Source: Nitrospirales bacterium
Lineage (GTDB): Bacteria > Nitrospirota > Nitrospiria > Nitrospirales > UBA8639
Direction of reading: 5' to 3'
NCBI GenBank assembly: GCA_965203295.1
Contig: CBDBCZ010000019.1
Coordinates: forward strand, 1,216,001 to 1,280,000
Length of the DNA stretch: 64,000 bases
Position numbers and translations under genes: made by a program. A model generated the notes under the pieces. The model was not told the DNA's origin. It saw only the letters and a list, made by a program, of their open reading frames with translations, and did not search any database. Shown piece after piece: positions 20,186-29,431 of this stretch; within the stretch, counting starts at the first letter, position 1, and each line of letters starts with the position of its first letter.

Positions 20186-21718
20186 CTAGAGACGTCTCCG
20201 CCGTCTCCAAATCATGATCCCCGCCAAAAGGAACAAGACTGGGAGAGAGAATACCTGAACAGTAAACAACATTTGCTCTTGTGTTGGGTTAGGAATAAAA
20301 GGACGTAAGGCCGGATCCTTGGGGGAAATCGAGATCAATGACTGTTCGCTGGCTAACCATGCCACTGATCTCAGGAAAAAATCAGTATTCCCAGGAAAGG
20401 TCAGATAGGCATTACTCACAAAAGTCGAATTGCCAATAATCACGATCGCTGCTTTGGATAGGGTCGTGTCGGTCTTGTCTTTCTGAAATTCTAAAGCTCC
20501 GGCCAGTACGATTGGGCCTGGGATGTCTTCTTCCGGATCGAGAGAGGGTGAGGTATTTTCAAGGTTCATTTCAGCCCAACTTTCAGAGGACGTGTGGGCC
20601 AAACTGGTAAACTCCCAATCCAGCCCAGCTTGTTCCTTAAAGGTCACTCCTCCTGAAACAGGGAGGATGATCGGAACGGACATATCGTGAGTGATCTCAT
20701 GCTCGGTAAAAGTCTTGACTAAAAGGGCTGTGGGACTGCCTTGAGCCACTCGGTCTTTTGGATCGACGACGATTCCTGGACTGAATTCAACGCCCCACTG
20801 ATGTATGAGGGGATCAAGGCCATGAGAGGTATTGGGATCGACTAACAGTAACAATCTCCCTCCTAAGGAGAGGAATTCCTGGATGTGCTCAAGCTCCTCC
20901 AGATTCAGAGGATCTTGAGGCCCTGGAATGATGAGAACAGTTGCCTCGTCTACTTTTTGAGCCACTTCGAGGAAAGTGACATCTGTCACGTCGTACCCTT
21001 GTTTCACTAACTTACTCTTTGCTAGAGACAATCCGCCCTTGTCACGGTCTTTGACCCTCCGCTCACCATGGCCCTTGAGCACCCAAATCTCTTTTTTCCT
21101 CTCTTTGGTCACACGTATGAGGGCACTCGTGAGGTCAATCTCTGTCGGTTGGGAAGCATGGATCACTTGAGTGTCACTTTCAAAAACAGCCGTGTCCACA
21201 CTAGTGATTTCATACTTTCTGGCCATTGTGGGGTTTTTTTCGGGATCAACAAATTGAACAGTGACGTGAGGGCTAGCATGGGTAAAGCTTTCCAAGAAAT
21301 CACGATAGGCACCGAATTTCGGCCTTTTTTCATGAGAAAAGACAATCACTTTGACAGGCTTCTGTAATTCTCCAAGAACCTTGTATGTCTGAGGTGAAAG
21401 GGTAAATCGTTGTGTTTCGGAGAGATCCCAACGGCTACCGTGACGAATGGTCAGAAAGTTGATGATCATGAGAATGCCGAGAAGGAGTAGGACAGCCAAG
21501 ATACTGTTCGTTCCCATCCGTGCCGAACGCTGTTTGGAGAAGGTTTGAAGGCGCTGCCAGTTACCGACTGCATACACGATTAAACAGAAAAGAGCGGCGC
21601 CTTCACAAAGCGTGATAGCCCAATCCTGGGATGGGACCCAAGAAGACAGCACGTAGCCGGTTATAGCGAGAAGAACTCCGGCCAGGCCAATGGTTGGCAA
21701 GAATTTTCCAATTACCAT
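20186..21718 (-). CDS. GldG-family ABC transporter auxiliary protein
   Basis: RWDLSETQRFTLSPQT, FVDPEKNP, GHGE, GGRLLLLVDP, GNTDFFLRSVAWL; C-terminal TM followed by WRRRR. Confidence 0.88.
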   Translation of the reverse strand: MVIGKFLPTIGLAGVLLAITGYVLSSWVPSQDWAITLCEGAALFCLIVYAVGNWQRLQTFSKQRSARMGTNSILAVLLLLGILMIINFLTIRHGSRWDLSETQRFTLSPQTYKVLGELQKPVKVIVFSHEKRPKFGAYRDFLESFTHASPHVTVQFVDPEKNPTMARKYEITSVDTAVFESDTQVIHASQPTEIDLTSALIRVTKERKKEIWVLKGHGERRVKDRDKGGLSLAKSKLVKQGYDVTDVTFLEVAQKVDEATVLIIPGPQDPLNLEELEHIQEFLSLGGRLLLLVDPNTSHGLDPLIHQWGVEFSPGIVVDPKDRVAQGSPTALLVKTFTEHEITHDMSVPIILPVSGGVTFKEQAGLDWEFTSLAHTSSESWAEMNLENTSPSLDPEEDIPGPIVLAGALEFQKDKTDTTLSKAAIVIIGNSTFVSNAYLTFPGNTDFFLRSVAWLASEQSLISISPKDPALRPFIPNPTQEQMLFTVQVFSLPVLFLLAGIMIWRRRRRL

Positions 21719-22479
21719 CGTTGAGCGTCAATTATGCGGTAGGTTACAAAGAGTAGAAGAACAGTACTGGAAACGTAATAGACAATGTCCTTGGCATCCA
21801 AGAGCCCCCGAACTAAACGGTCAAAGTGCTGCGTGAACGACATATAGGCCAAGAAATTGCCCATGGGTGTATCGCCGAGAAGGGCTCCCAAGCCTCCGAA
21901 AAGCCAAATCACCAAGATGATTCCGAAACTAATAAAAGCTGCCACTACTTGATTGTCTGTCAGGCTCGACCCCAATACGCCAATTGCAAGGAACAGTCCC
22001 CCCTGGAGCATCAGGGCGAGGTATCCCGTCAAGACTGGGTTCCAGTCAAAAGAGCAGTAAGTCGCAATCAACAATGGAGCCAGACCGGTCAATCCTAAAA
22101 GGCCCACATACAGAATGAGGACGCTCATAAATTTCCCTGAAACGATTTCATTAATTCCTATAGGAGAAGTAAATAACAGTTCGAATGTCCGCAGTTTCCG
22201 TTCTTCTGCAAACACTCGCATCGTCAACATTGGGAGAATGAACATGAGGACAATAGCGAAACTATAGAAATAAGGACGGAACACCAGCTCATTCAAATTA
22301 AGCTGGGCATAGGAATTTTGAAGTTGCAAGAGTCGGACGGCTTGTTGGCTCGCGTTCACAACCATCAGATAGGACAGAAACCCGGAAACGAAGAGAAAGA
22401 CCATCCCTATGACATAGAAAATAGGGGAAATCCAGAAGCTACGAAGTTCTTTCGCGATCAATGAATGAACGGGGGTCAT
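21712..22479 (-). CDS. ABC-2 permease, GldF-like
   Basis: AKELRSFWISP, LTMRVFAEERK..T.ELLFTSP, SSLTDNQVVA. Confidence 0.9.
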   Translation of the reverse strand: MTPVHSLIAKELRSFWISPIFYVIGMVFLFVSGFLSYLMVVNASQQAVRLLQLQNSYAQLNLNELVFRPYFYSFAIVLMFILPMLTMRVFAEERKLRTFELLFTSPIGINEIVSGKFMSVLILYVGLLGLTGLAPLLIATYCSFDWNPVLTGYLALMLQGGLFLAIGVLGSSLTDNQVVAAFISFGIILVIWLFGGLGALLGDTPMGNFLAYMSFTQHFDRLVRGLLDAKDIVYYVSSTVLLLFVTYRIIDAQRW

Positions 22480-22487
22480 CTTCTAGC

Positions 22488-23477
22488 TCACGAGGTGGAT
22501 TGACCTGAATTCAGCGAAGTGTTAAATGGATCTGGCGATGAACTGACGTCCAGAGTTTCATCTTGAGTCAATTGCAAGAAGACATCTTCCAAAGACATGG
22601 AGACGGATCGCATTTCCAGGAGTCCCATCCCCTCATTTACCACGAATTTTGCGAGGTCCTCCCGATGATCTTGTCCTAATTCGCATTCCACCAAAAAGGT
22701 CTTTGACGATCCAGCTTGTATGAGACTGACGACTCCAGGGAAATTGCGGAGGCGTGCTTCGCCATCAGGGCCAGGGTTTCTGAGTGTGAGACTAATCTTT
22801 TGGGACTGACGAAGACGAGCTGCCAGTTGATCTGGAGTATCCTCAGCCACAATTTGACCTTGATGAATGATAATCACGCGTTGGCACACTGCGGTGGCTT
22901 CCGGCAGGATATGAGTACTCAAGATAATGGTGTGTGAATCCGTGAGGCTCTGAATGAGATGGCGGATCTCAATGATTTGTTTAGGGTCAAGTCCAACGGT
23001 GGGTTCATCGAGAATGAGCACGGGTGGGTCATGAAGAATGGCCTGAGCCAACCCCACTCGCTGACGGTATCCCCGTGATAAATGACCAATCACTCGTGAC
23101 CGAACCTCGCCTAACCCGACTTGGTCAATCACAGTTGTCATACGTTTGGTAATGTGATCTGAGGATAATCCTTTGATCCGACCCACGAAGGTTAAATACT
23201 CTGATACAGTGAATTCTTCATACAAGGGAGGATTCTCTGGTAAATACCCCACTCGACGTTTGACTTCCAGTGGTTCTTCAAAGCCATCGAATCCTGCGAT
23301 GTGAACGGTTCCCTCAGATGATGGCATAAAACACGTGAGGATGCGCATCGTTGTCGTTTTGCCAGCACCATTTGGTCCTAGAAAGGCGAGGATCTCTCCC
23401 TCTCCAACTGTAAATGACACGTTTTCGATCGCTGGTCGCGGGCCAAAGCGTTTTGTTATATTCTGAACATTAATCAT
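22488..23477 (-). CDS. ABC transporter ATP-binding protein, GldA-like
   Basis: GPNGAGKTT, LSRGYRQRV, LILDEPT, STH. Confidence 0.95.
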   Translation of the reverse strand: MINVQNITKRFGPRPAIENVSFTVGEGEILAFLGPNGAGKTTTMRILTCFMPSSEGTVHIAGFDGFEEPLEVKRRVGYLPENPPLYEEFTVSEYLTFVGRIKGLSSDHITKRMTTVIDQVGLGEVRSRVIGHLSRGYRQRVGLAQAILHDPPVLILDEPTVGLDPKQIIEIRHLIQSLTDSHTIILSTHILPEATAVCQRVIIIHQGQIVAEDTPDQLAARLRQSQKISLTLRNPGPDGEARLRNFPGVVSLIQAGSSKTFLVECELGQDHREDLAKFVVNEGMGLLEMRSVSMSLEDVFLQLTQDETLDVSSSPDPFNTSLNSGQSTS

Positions 23478-23773
23478 CGTTCATTGCCCAATCTTCGGGA
23501 TTGGAAGTGAGGGTATCATGGCGGAAAGGGGAAGAATGAGAGTAGGATGGCGAAGCCTCAAAATAATACTGACCGAATGTTTGTTCAGTCAAGCCAGATT
23601 TGAGAAGGTGAAAGTCAGTGGTTTCCTAATTTGACACGAATTGACAATCCTGTATGATGTGTCAAAAATAGGTCTTCTCGTGGAATGAAAAAAGTGTGAT
23701 CATCCTGCTTATCAAGGGATTTGGCGGTTAAAGTAATCCCTCTCGGGGTCACAAGAAAAAAGGAGTTTTTCGT

Positions 23774-24883
23774 ATGGTACAGAGAAAAATTTTGGTTTTC
23801 TTCACTTTGCTGGGGATGGCATGTCTTCTTGCTCTTGCGGGATGTGGGACCAGTGAGCATGCAGCTGTTATGAGTGGGGAAACCGTAGATCAGCAAGCCA
23901 AGAGGGCGCAGGCAAAGGCATCCGAGAAAGGGGGGATTCCTCTTAAACAAGGCGCTTTCTCCCAAGAGTCTTTGGAGTCAGGCAGTGGGAGAGCGATGGC
24001 TCCTGGCACATCAGGGGATATTGACGAATCGTCTATGTCCTCCATTGCTATGGGTTCTGGATCCTCAACTTCTCCGAGTGGTGGGAGCGTGTCATCGCGC
24101 ACACTCGATCTGGGAAAAGCTGGGGAGGCCGGTTCTTCCTCTGGGTCTCCCTCAGAATTGGAGCCGTTAGCTGGATATATGCCGGGGCTCCCTACTCAGC
24201 CAAGATCATTTGGAGAAAGTGCGGGAGGAAGAGCTGAAGGCTCGTCTGGAAGCAGTCCGGGAGGAGGACAACCTGGAAATTCCGCACAAGATTTTTTTAG
24301 TCCCGGTTCTTCTGGATATGAAGGTGAAGAATTTGTAAGAGGGTTGACCCCTTCGGATTTGTTTCCAGATGACCCCACGAACCCTAATCTAGCAATGGCT
24401 GGAAAGGGGAGGGGGAAGGAATCGAGGTCGAGGACAGGATCTTCTGGTTCTGGTGAAGAGATGGTCTCAGAGCCCGGCATTCAACCTCTGGCACCGATTC
24501 CCGATACCGGCTCTGAAATGAGTTCGAGCATTCAGGTGGCAGGAGTGACCTATACATTGAATCATGTGTTTTTTGATTATGACAGATCATTCATCAGACC
24601 TGATGCCGTGACGGGTTTGAAGAACAATGCCAGGCTTCTGAATGCAGAATTGCAAGATTCTCAAGTACTGGTGCAAGGACATTGTGATGAACGTGGGACC
24701 AATAAATACAATCTTGTACTAGGAGAACGGAGGGCCCAGTCTGTAAAAAAATATCTTGTGGATCTTGGAATTGATGCCTCGCGAATCAGTACGATTAGTT
24801 ATGGTGAGGAGAAACCTTTCTGTACGCAGTTTACTCCGGCGTGTCTGCAGAAGAACCGAAGAGGTCATTTCGTATTACAATAG
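23774..24883 (+). CDS. Pal/OmpA-family peptidoglycan-binding lipoprotein with long Ser/Gly/Pro-rich linker
   Basis: Lipobox LAGC; C-terminal VFFDYD...GHCDERGTNKYNLVLGERRAQSVK...SYGEEKP. Confidence 0.9.
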   Translation: MVQRKILVFFTLLGMACLLALAGCGTSEHAAVMSGETVDQQAKRAQAKASEKGGIPLKQGAFSQESLESGSGRAMAPGTSGDIDESSMSSIAMGSGSSTSPSGGSVSSRTLDLGKAGEAGSSSGSPSELEPLAGYMPGLPTQPRSFGESAGGRAEGSSGSSPGGGQPGNSAQDFFSPGSSGYEGEEFVRGLTPSDLFPDDPTNPNLAMAGKGRGKESRSRTGSSGSGEEMVSEPGIQPLAPIPDTGSEMSSSIQVAGVTYTLNHVFFDYDRSFIRPDAVTGLKNNARLLNAELQDSQVLVQGHCDERGTNKYNLVLGERRAQSVKKYLVDLGIDASRISTISYGEEKPFCTQFTPACLQKNRRGHFVLQ

Positions 24884-25443
24884 AACGTTGTGTATCGAAC
24901 TTCACTGTTTTTTCTTGTTTTGAAGCAGAAGGATCAACGGTAAAAACCAAAAGACCAAGCCTCTCATATCTAGTCGAGTGCCTTGGCCTTAGTTTTTTGG
25001 AATCTCCTTCTTCTGTATTTTTCTAACGGCTCCTTTATCTTTAAAAAGACATCCCACCTTCTATCAAATCTTAGAAATTTTGGTCACTTTCTAACAGGGT
25101 TGCTTGGTTCCCTTATGGCTATTCCATTCCATGTGAGTGGAAAAAGCTCTTATAGCGGTGGACGGATATTCTCGCGAGTTTTCGAATAACATCCCAAAAA
25201 AACAAAGAGTTTCGATGAACTGCCTTGGAAAAAATCGATGGGTTTTGTCCCATTTGGACGATCGATGGATAAATTTGACGGAAAGTTTTTCATGAAGGCT
25301 CTCAGAAAAAGTGTATGGATTTTTCCTGGACTCCTGAGTAGCCTGATGCCTTTCCTCGGAAAGAAAGTGTCATTGTCCTGTGGTGAAAAGAAGATGAGGT
25401 AGCCTGGCGTCTCGTGAATGGGATCAAAGGGCATTTTGCAGAT

Positions 25444-26709
25444 ATGGCTTTCTCTGAAATCATCCTTCCATTGGAAACTGAAGAGACTATGCAGAAAATC
25501 GGGGAGGCCGACATATTAGTTGGCATTCCTAGTTTTAACAATGCCGATACCATAGGGTATGTTGTGCATGCGGTCACTGCTGGGCTTGCGAAATACTTCC
25601 CTGGAATTCGGGCGGTCTTGGTCAATTCCGACGGAGGATCAACAGATGCAACGTCTCAAGTCGTGGCCATGGCAAGTGTGGATTTAGGAACTCTCCTCAT
25701 CAATGAGGCACAGGATCCGCTTCAGAAGATTGTGACGCCTTATCGAGGGATCTCAGGAAAGGGAAGCGCGTTTCGCACAATTTTTGAAGTCGCACGACGT
25801 TTGAAAGCTAAAGCCTGTGCGGTGGTGGATGCTGACTTGAGGAGTATCACCCCCGAGTGGATGGAACTTCTCTTGCGACCCATTCTGGAAGAGGGATTTG
25901 ATTATGTTGCGCCGTACTACTTAAGGCATAAATACGATGGGACGATTACGAATTCGATTGCATATCCACTCACGCGGACTTTGTATGGGATGCGGATCCG
26001 GCAACCTATCGGTGGAGATTTTGGATTTTCAGGGCGCCTAGCAGAGCAATATGTTGCCAAACATGTGTGGGAGTCGGATGTGGCCCGATTTGGGATTGAT
26101 ATCTGGATGACCACAGAAGCCATGGCCAGTGGAGCAAAGGTTTGCCAAAGTTTTTTGGGTGCGAAAATTCATGACCCGAAGGATCCTGCTCAGGATTTGT
26201 CTGCCATGTTAGTGCAGGTTGTTGGTGCCTTGTTTTCATTGATGGAAGAACATCATGCCATATGGTCCAACAAAGATGGGACCAATCCTGTTCCCTTGTT
26301 TGGCTTCCAATATCAGGTGGCCTTGGAACCCGTGAAGGTGAATGTCGACCGTATGATTGCGACCTTTCATCAGGGTGTCGCTGATCTCTCAGATGTTTGG
26401 CGCAGTGTCTTTACTGGGGGTGTGATGGATGCTCTTAGCCAATTGAAAACTCTCCCTTCCAAGAGTTTTCATGTGTCGGACGACCTCTGGGCTCGGATCG
26501 TCTACGACGCGGCTGTCACCTTTCATCGGAATGCCATTGTCCGAGAACATCTTTTAAAATCGTTGACTCCCTTGTATCTTGCCAGGACGGCTTCATTTGT
26601 CCTTGAGACACAAGGGTTGACCACAACAGAAGCTGAAGAACGAGTGGAATTATTGTGCCAATCCTTTGATAAGGGAAAATCCTACTTAATTGATCGGTGG
26701 TCTGCTTAG
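25444..26709 (+). CDS. putative single-step glucosylglycerate synthase (Ggs-like GT-A)
   Basis: ADILVGIPSFNNADTI, NSDGGSTD, GKGSA, VDADLRSITP, RHKYDGTITN, RQPIGGDF, FGIDIW, KIHDPKDP; next to gpgS. Confidence 0.7.
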   Translation: MAFSEIILPLETEETMQKIGEADILVGIPSFNNADTIGYVVHAVTAGLAKYFPGIRAVLVNSDGGSTDATSQVVAMASVDLGTLLINEAQDPLQKIVTPYRGISGKGSAFRTIFEVARRLKAKACAVVDADLRSITPEWMELLLRPILEEGFDYVAPYYLRHKYDGTITNSIAYPLTRTLYGMRIRQPIGGDFGFSGRLAEQYVAKHVWESDVARFGIDIWMTTEAMASGAKVCQSFLGAKIHDPKDPAQDLSAMLVQVVGALFSLMEEHHAIWSNKDGTNPVPLFGFQYQVALEPVKVNVDRMIATFHQGVADLSDVWRSVFTGGVMDALSQLKTLPSKSFHVSDDLWARIVYDAAVTFHRNAIVREHLLKSLTPLYLARTASFVLETQGLTTTEAEERVELLCQSFDKGKSYLIDRWSA

Positions 26710-26752
26710 TAGTTCCATCTCTTCGTACGGGTGGTTGTTCTAGAGGGCACTT

Positions 26753-27469
26753 ATGGAATCTCAAGAACTGATGATCGAGACTACATTATGGGAGCCGCTC
26801 ACCGTTCTTGCCCAAAACCTTATGGCCTTGGCCCCGAGTGTGTTGGGGATGGTGTTGATTTTGTTGATTGGACTTGGCCTGAGTTGGCTGATTGCCCAAT
26901 CAGTCGAACGCCTGTCCCGTGTCATTCGTCTTGATGTGTTTTGTCAGCGGGTTGGGTTTACCAATGCTCTCCATCAAGGAGGAATTAGAACTGAGCCATC
27001 AACTTTGCTGGGAAGGCTTTTCTTTTGGTTGGTGTTAAGTCTGGCTGTTTTAGCCGGATTAGCTGTGCTTCACCTCGATCCGATCAACAAATTCACGCAA
27101 TCCCTCTTAGCCTATGTCCCGTATTTAATGACGGCAGTGGTGATTATATTGGGCGGGTTTTTGTTGTCCAATTTTTTAGGGCAGGCGGTCTTGATTGCGG
27201 CCGTCAACGCAGGGGCTCCTCCTGCGAGATGGCTTGCCGGGTTTACACGATGGGGTATTCAGCTGGCGGCAGTGGCTATGGCCTTGGAGCAATTGGGAAT
27301 CGCAGAGACAATCGTGGTTGTGGGATTTGGAATTGCTTTTGGCGGTGTGGTTCTGGCAGCTGCTATCGCTTTTGGACTTGGGGCAAAAGATCTTGCTAAG
27401 GAATTTCTTGAACAGCGATTTTCCAATCGAGGTCGTGAGCAATCATCGGACGATATTCACCATTTGTAG
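26753..27469 (+). CDS. CmpX-like membrane protein (TM-helix repeat, MscS-associated)
   Basis: Two TM-helix units; C-terminal AIAFGLGAKDLA. Confidence 0.75.
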   Translation: MESQELMIETTLWEPLTVLAQNLMALAPSVLGMVLILLIGLGLSWLIAQSVERLSRVIRLDVFCQRVGFTNALHQGGIRTEPSTLLGRLFFWLVLSLAVLAGLAVLHLDPINKFTQSLLAYVPYLMTAVVIILGGFLLSNFLGQAVLIAAVNAGAPPARWLAGFTRWGIQLAAVAMALEQLGIAETIVVVGFGIAFGGVVLAAAIAFGLGAKDLAKEFLEQRFSNRGREQSSDDIHHL

Positions 27470-27545
27470 TAAGGGGTGACGTGCAATCCTCTATTTCCGG
27501 GAAATGCCTTCGGTTTATTTTCTGTCATAAGGAGGGAAGATTGTC

Positions 27546-28778
27546 ATGGCCGATTTCTACCAATCTGGGTCCATTACCACCCTTCATCGGTTAGGCTATT
27601 CAAATGTGGATAGGCTTGAAAAGGAGTTATGCGAGTATGCAGAGACCCAACCCATCGCCCTCGTTTTGCCATGTTTGTATTCCGAATTGCAGGGCCCTGC
27701 ACTGAATGGGATTCTTCAGCAGCTGAAGGACGTTCCGTATCTGAATGAGATTGTTGTGGCTTTAGGGCAAGCCTCGGCCCTAGAGTTTCGTCGCGCCAAA
27801 GATTATTTCAGTGTCCTGCCGCAAGATGTCAGTTTGATTTGGATTGAGGGGCAGCGAGTCCAAGATATTCTTGAACTATTGGTAAGCCAGGATATTGATA
27901 TTGGTTTGCCGGGCAAAGGGCAATCATGCTGGATTTCGTTTGGCTATGTCCTGGCCAGACAGAAAAGTAAGGTGATTGTTCTTCATGATTGTGACGTTTT
28001 GACCTACGACCGCGAATTCCTAGCGCGTTTATGTTATCCAGTGGGAAACCCGAATCTCAGCTATGAATTTTGTAAGGGGTATTACCCTCGTTTTTCAGAC
28101 CGGCTCCATGGGCGAGTCACTCGCCTGTTCGTCCTTCCCTTGATACGAAGCCTTCTCCGTGTCGTTGGGGCTCATCCCACGCTGTTATTTTTGGAAGGGT
28201 TTCGTTATCCCTTAGCAGGGGAATTTTCCATGGTGACCGATCTCGCGTGGATAAACCGCTTCCCGGGTGATTGGGGGTTGGAGGTCGGCATTCTTGCTGA
28301 GGTTCATCGAAACTGTGCGAATCGGCGTGTCTGTCAGGTAGATCTATCGGAAAGGTATGAACACAAACATCAATTACTTTCTGCGGATAATCCTGATGCC
28401 GGCCTTGTCAAAATGAGTGTTGATATTGCGAAGACGTTGTTCCGTACGTTAGCCAGTGAGGGAATTGTGTTGTGCGAAGCCACCATGAAAACCTTGAGGG
28501 CGATCTACCTCCAGTTTGCACAAGAAACGATTAAAAAATATGAAAACGTGGCCGCCATCAATGGATTGTACTTTGATCGGCATGCTGAGCGAACTGCTGT
28601 CGAAGCTTTCTTGAAAGGGCTACAATCAGCCTCAGAGACATTTGTCAAAGATCCCTTAGGTGTCCCTATGATCTCGAGTTGGAACCAAGTCGCTGCGGCG
28701 GTCCCTGATATTTTTGACCGTCTCCTTCATGCCGTAAAAGGGGACCAGCAATGGGACCCTAAAAAACCCTCTACCTAA
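27546..28778 (+). CDS. gpgS: glucosyl-3-phosphoglycerate synthase
   Basis: MADFYQSGSITTLH, LVLPCLYSEL, GKG, LHDCD, FCKGYY, GRVTRL, YPLAGEF, DWGLEVG, YEHKHQ. Confidence 0.8.
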   Translation: MADFYQSGSITTLHRLGYSNVDRLEKELCEYAETQPIALVLPCLYSELQGPALNGILQQLKDVPYLNEIVVALGQASALEFRRAKDYFSVLPQDVSLIWIEGQRVQDILELLVSQDIDIGLPGKGQSCWISFGYVLARQKSKVIVLHDCDVLTYDREFLARLCYPVGNPNLSYEFCKGYYPRFSDRLHGRVTRLFVLPLIRSLLRVVGAHPTLLFLEGFRYPLAGEFSMVTDLAWINRFPGDWGLEVGILAEVHRNCANRRVCQVDLSERYEHKHQLLSADNPDAGLVKMSVDIAKTLFRTLASEGIVLCEATMKTLRAIYLQFAQETIKKYENVAAINGLYFDRHAERTAVEAFLKGLQSASETFVKDPLGVPMISSWNQVAAAVPDIFDRLLHAVKGDQQWDPKKPST

Positions 28779-28833
28779 TCCTGCTCGGATGTGAAAAGAA
28801 AGGCCGATTGGGTCTCTCCGAAAACGTCTGTTC

Positions 28834-29142
28834 CTAGGAGTCCACCTTCGGCGAAGATTTGATGGCTCCTTTTGTTGCGTCAACTGCTGCCGTTATTCGT
28901 GAAGCTGTATGCCGAACTGTTTGTTGAGCTTCTTTTGTTAAGTTTTCCACCGCGCCTTTCGTTTCTGCAGCCATATTAGCGAACTCCTCTTGAGCTGTCT
29001 TCGCGCCCTTGGCTATTCGCTGTCGTAATGTGGTTCCTGTTTCAGGAGCCAATAAGAAGGCTGCCCCTGCCCCAAGAATAAAGCCACTGATGAATACGAA
29101 GGTGGTGACCCAACTCGAATCCGAGGATTTATGGTTACTCAT
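28834..29142 (-). CDS. YtxH domain protein
   Basis: FISGFILGAGAAFLLAPETGTTLR followed by an Ala/Lys/Glu-rich helix; AAGGAG RBS. Confidence 0.85.
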   Translation of the reverse strand: MSNHKSSDSSWVTTFVFISGFILGAGAAFLLAPETGTTLRQRIAKGAKTAQEEFANMAAETKGAVENLTKEAQQTVRHTASRITAAVDATKGAIKSSPKVDS

Positions 29143-29164
29143 GATCGATTCTCCTTATGTGAAA

Positions 29165-29431
29165 CTACAGATTGTCTTTAGCCGATTTTAGTCGATTACA
29201 GCCTACGAGGGCTGCAATGCTTCCTCCGACGAAGGCTCCTACCACAAAGACCAAACTAAAGGCCAAACCCGTACGAAGTTCTGGCCAATTTTTTAAAACC
29301 CGCGACCAAAGGGGAGGACAATCCGGAAAATGGACGTGGCCTTCCCATCCTAATGGTTGATCGGAGGACGGCACTTCAGCCCCATTTTGAGGTGTATCAT
29401 CGTCTTTGAGGTCTTGGGATAAAGGATTCAT
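29165..29431 (-). CDS. small membrane protein
   Basis: 88 aa, 4-nt overlap with the treY stop, one C-terminal TM. Confidence 0.55.
   Translation of the reverse strand: MNPLSQDLKDDDTPQNGAEVPSSDQPLGWEGHVHFPDCPPLWSRVLKNWPELRTGLAFSLVFVVGAFVGGSIAALVGCNRLKSAKDNL

Noticed and set aside
23519..23535. tggcggaaaggg resembling the tRNA-Ser 3' end as an att-site duplicate
   Set aside because: Only about 11/12 nt match, there is no integrase, and the intervening DNA carries core genes such as tkt
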